A stretch of 64,000 bases of DNA from Candidatus Woesearchaeota archaeon. GTDB taxonomy: Archaea > Nanobdellota > Nanobdellia > Woesearchaeales > 0-14-0-80-44-23. Both the position numbers and the translations under genes were made by a program. Position 1 is the stretch's first letter; each line of letters begins with the position of its first letter. Shown here piece by piece: positions 62,772-64,000 of the stretch. Under the pieces are notes generated by a model. That model saw nothing but the letters and a program-made list of their open reading frames with translations, did not search any database and was not told the DNA's origin. The stretch is taken from positions 736,001 to 800,000 of the forward strand of contig JAVZCZ010000001.1 in the NCBI GenBank assembly GCA_038874135.1, in the 5' to 3' direction.

Positions 62772-63428
62772 ATGAGAATCGCTATTTGTGAAAGCTGCAG
62801 AGAGCATCCTGCACAAGTCTCATTTAAATATTCACGAAGCTTGTGCTATAGCTGCTTCTCAGCACTGTTGGAAAGGAGATGCAGAATTGACTTAAGAAGG
62901 CACGAGTGTCTTGAACCCCTATTGAGGGCTGAGAGAGTTTTACTAATTGAGCAAACTGCTCTGGAAGGAATGGCAGCAGAGCAGTTTCTCCACAAGCTTA
63001 ACCCCAAATTAACAGTGTTTAGAACGCCCACTAAAAATTTTTCTCCTAATCAAATACTAAGCATTGCTAATGAAAAAAAAGCAAAGTTAATCGCGCTAGC
63101 GTGGAGCATTGAACGCGAATGTTCTCTTTTTTTAAAAGAATATTTAACAACACGAACTCAAAAGACAATATCTCAGCCATGCTTAAAATCTTCAGGAAGG
63201 CTGATTTTTAAGGTTTTTAGAAATGCAAGGATTGAAGAACTTAAGGCATACTTAAAATGTGAAAAAGTAAAAATCCCAGAATTTGAAGTGCCATCTTCTG
63301 ATAAGCCAATCTACAGAATGCTTTCACGAATGGAAAGGCAATATCCAGAAATAAAGTTTTCCCTACTCTCCTCAGCTGATAAACTTGTTAAGATCCGGAA
63401 AACTTTCGGAAAAGGAAAGAACATCTAA
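62772..63428 (+). CDS. Hypothetical protein with N-terminal CxxC..CxxC zinc finger (degenerate TtuA/Ncs6-like)
   Basis: CESC..LCYSCF; late IYRMLSRMERQYPEIKFSLL resembles the TtcA/TtuA C-terminal helix; no PP-loop. Confidence 0.55.
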   Translation: MRIAICESCREHPAQVSFKYSRSLCYSCFSALLERRCRIDLRRHECLEPLLRAERVLLIEQTALEGMAAEQFLHKLNPKLTVFRTPTKNFSPNQILSIANEKKAKLIALAWSIERECSLFLKEYLTTRTQKTISQPCLKSSGRLIFKVFRNARIEELKAYLKCEKVKIPEFEVPSSDKPIYRMLSRMERQYPEIKFSLLSSADKLVKIRKTFGKGKNI

Positions 63429-63457
63429 ATTAATCCAATTTTTTCTATGAACAAGGT

Positions 63458-64000
63458 ATGCGCAGGATTCCGACAATTATCCTCTTATGCATCACTATAC
63501 TAACTGTAAATTTTTTTAAAAAATTCTCATATGCAAACTTTTTTGAAATAGTTGGCAGTGCAGTCCGGGATGAGGGAAGCATTAGTGTTTATTTCTGCCC
63601 AAGACAAGACTGTCTGGAGATATTTTTAAATATACTCTCAAGTGCTCAATCGGTAGAGTGTGCCCTCTACACCGTGTCACCTGAAGTTATAACAGCTATC
63701 CAACAAGTTCCACAACACACAATCTTGATTGACTACAAAACCTATCAGAGGCTTTCAGAAAAAGTGACAGACATAATTCCAGTTTATTCCGAAGGAATAA
63801 TGCACAACAAGTTCTGCATTATTAATAAAAGTATTTTAATTACAGGATCCTGGAATCCGACTCTAGCGGACTCTTTCAAAAACAATAATAACATGCTAAT
63901 CATTCATTCACAAAAAATCTCTAACAATTATGAAGAGAAGTTTAAGCAGCTTCTATTGAGGAACACACAGAGATATTCCCCTAAGATTAAACATAAAATT
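63458..64000 (+). CDS. Phospholipase D-superfamily (HKD) protein, 3' end outside window
   Basis: Manual translation from ATG 63458: N-terminal hydrophobic segment, VYFCP..C, MHNKFCIIN..ITGSWNPT..NNNN. Confidence 0.8.
   Translation, partial: MRRIPTIILLCITILTVNFFKKFSYANFFEIVGSAVRDEGSISVYFCPRQDCLEIFLNILSSAQSVECALYTVSPEVITAIQQVPQHTILIDYKTYQRLSEKVTDIIPVYSEGIMHNKFCIINKSILITGSWNPTLADSFKNNNNMLIIHSQKISNNYEEKFKQLLLRNTQRYSPKIKHKI

Overview
Archaeal chromosomal window. aglB, rpl10e, a NOG1-family GTPase, TATA/BRE promoters and GGGGTGA/GGAGGTG ribosome-binding sites show it is archaeal; a DPANN lineage such as Woesearchaeota/Pacearchaeota is my inference. Left (1-7 kb): N-glycosylation/lipid genes (flippase, AglB, GT2, DUF2304-like, WecB, geranylgeranyl reductase). 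7-14 kb: secreted or membrane-anchored surface proteins and an amino-acid permease. 14.5-55 kb: a ~40 kb cell-surface locus of two convergent gene blocks headed by five ribbon-helix-helix (RHH) regulators. It encodes two membrane-tethered HerA/FtsK-superfamily ATPases with extracellular Ig-like domains, two giant (2346/2612 aa) Ig-repeat proteins, small secreted proteins of two recurring beta-rich families, a chaperone/WxL-partner-like anchor and helical cytoplasmic adaptors. Right (55-64 kb): mostly housekeeping (GTPase, HNH-like, topoisomerase IA, L10e, Lon-like protease, PLD-like). Two observations stand out. (1) One uncharacterised domain recurs as stand-alone subunits, as the C-terminus of both giant proteins and as the N-terminus of a membrane-anchored ATPase, which is the logic of an ATPase-coupled pilus/filament with tip adhesins. 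(2) Three intragenic direct-repeat pairs (207, 1156 and 656 bp) look nucleotide-identical and are recoded almost entirely to G/T-ending codons. In the 1156 and 656 bp pairs the compositional switch matches the identity boundary to within ~25 nt, and for the 656 bp pair the homologous flanks are diverged and of ordinary composition. This points to a repeat-restricted homogenising and strand-biased mutational process. No rRNA, tRNA, CRISPR array, transposase or reverse transcriptase was recognised.
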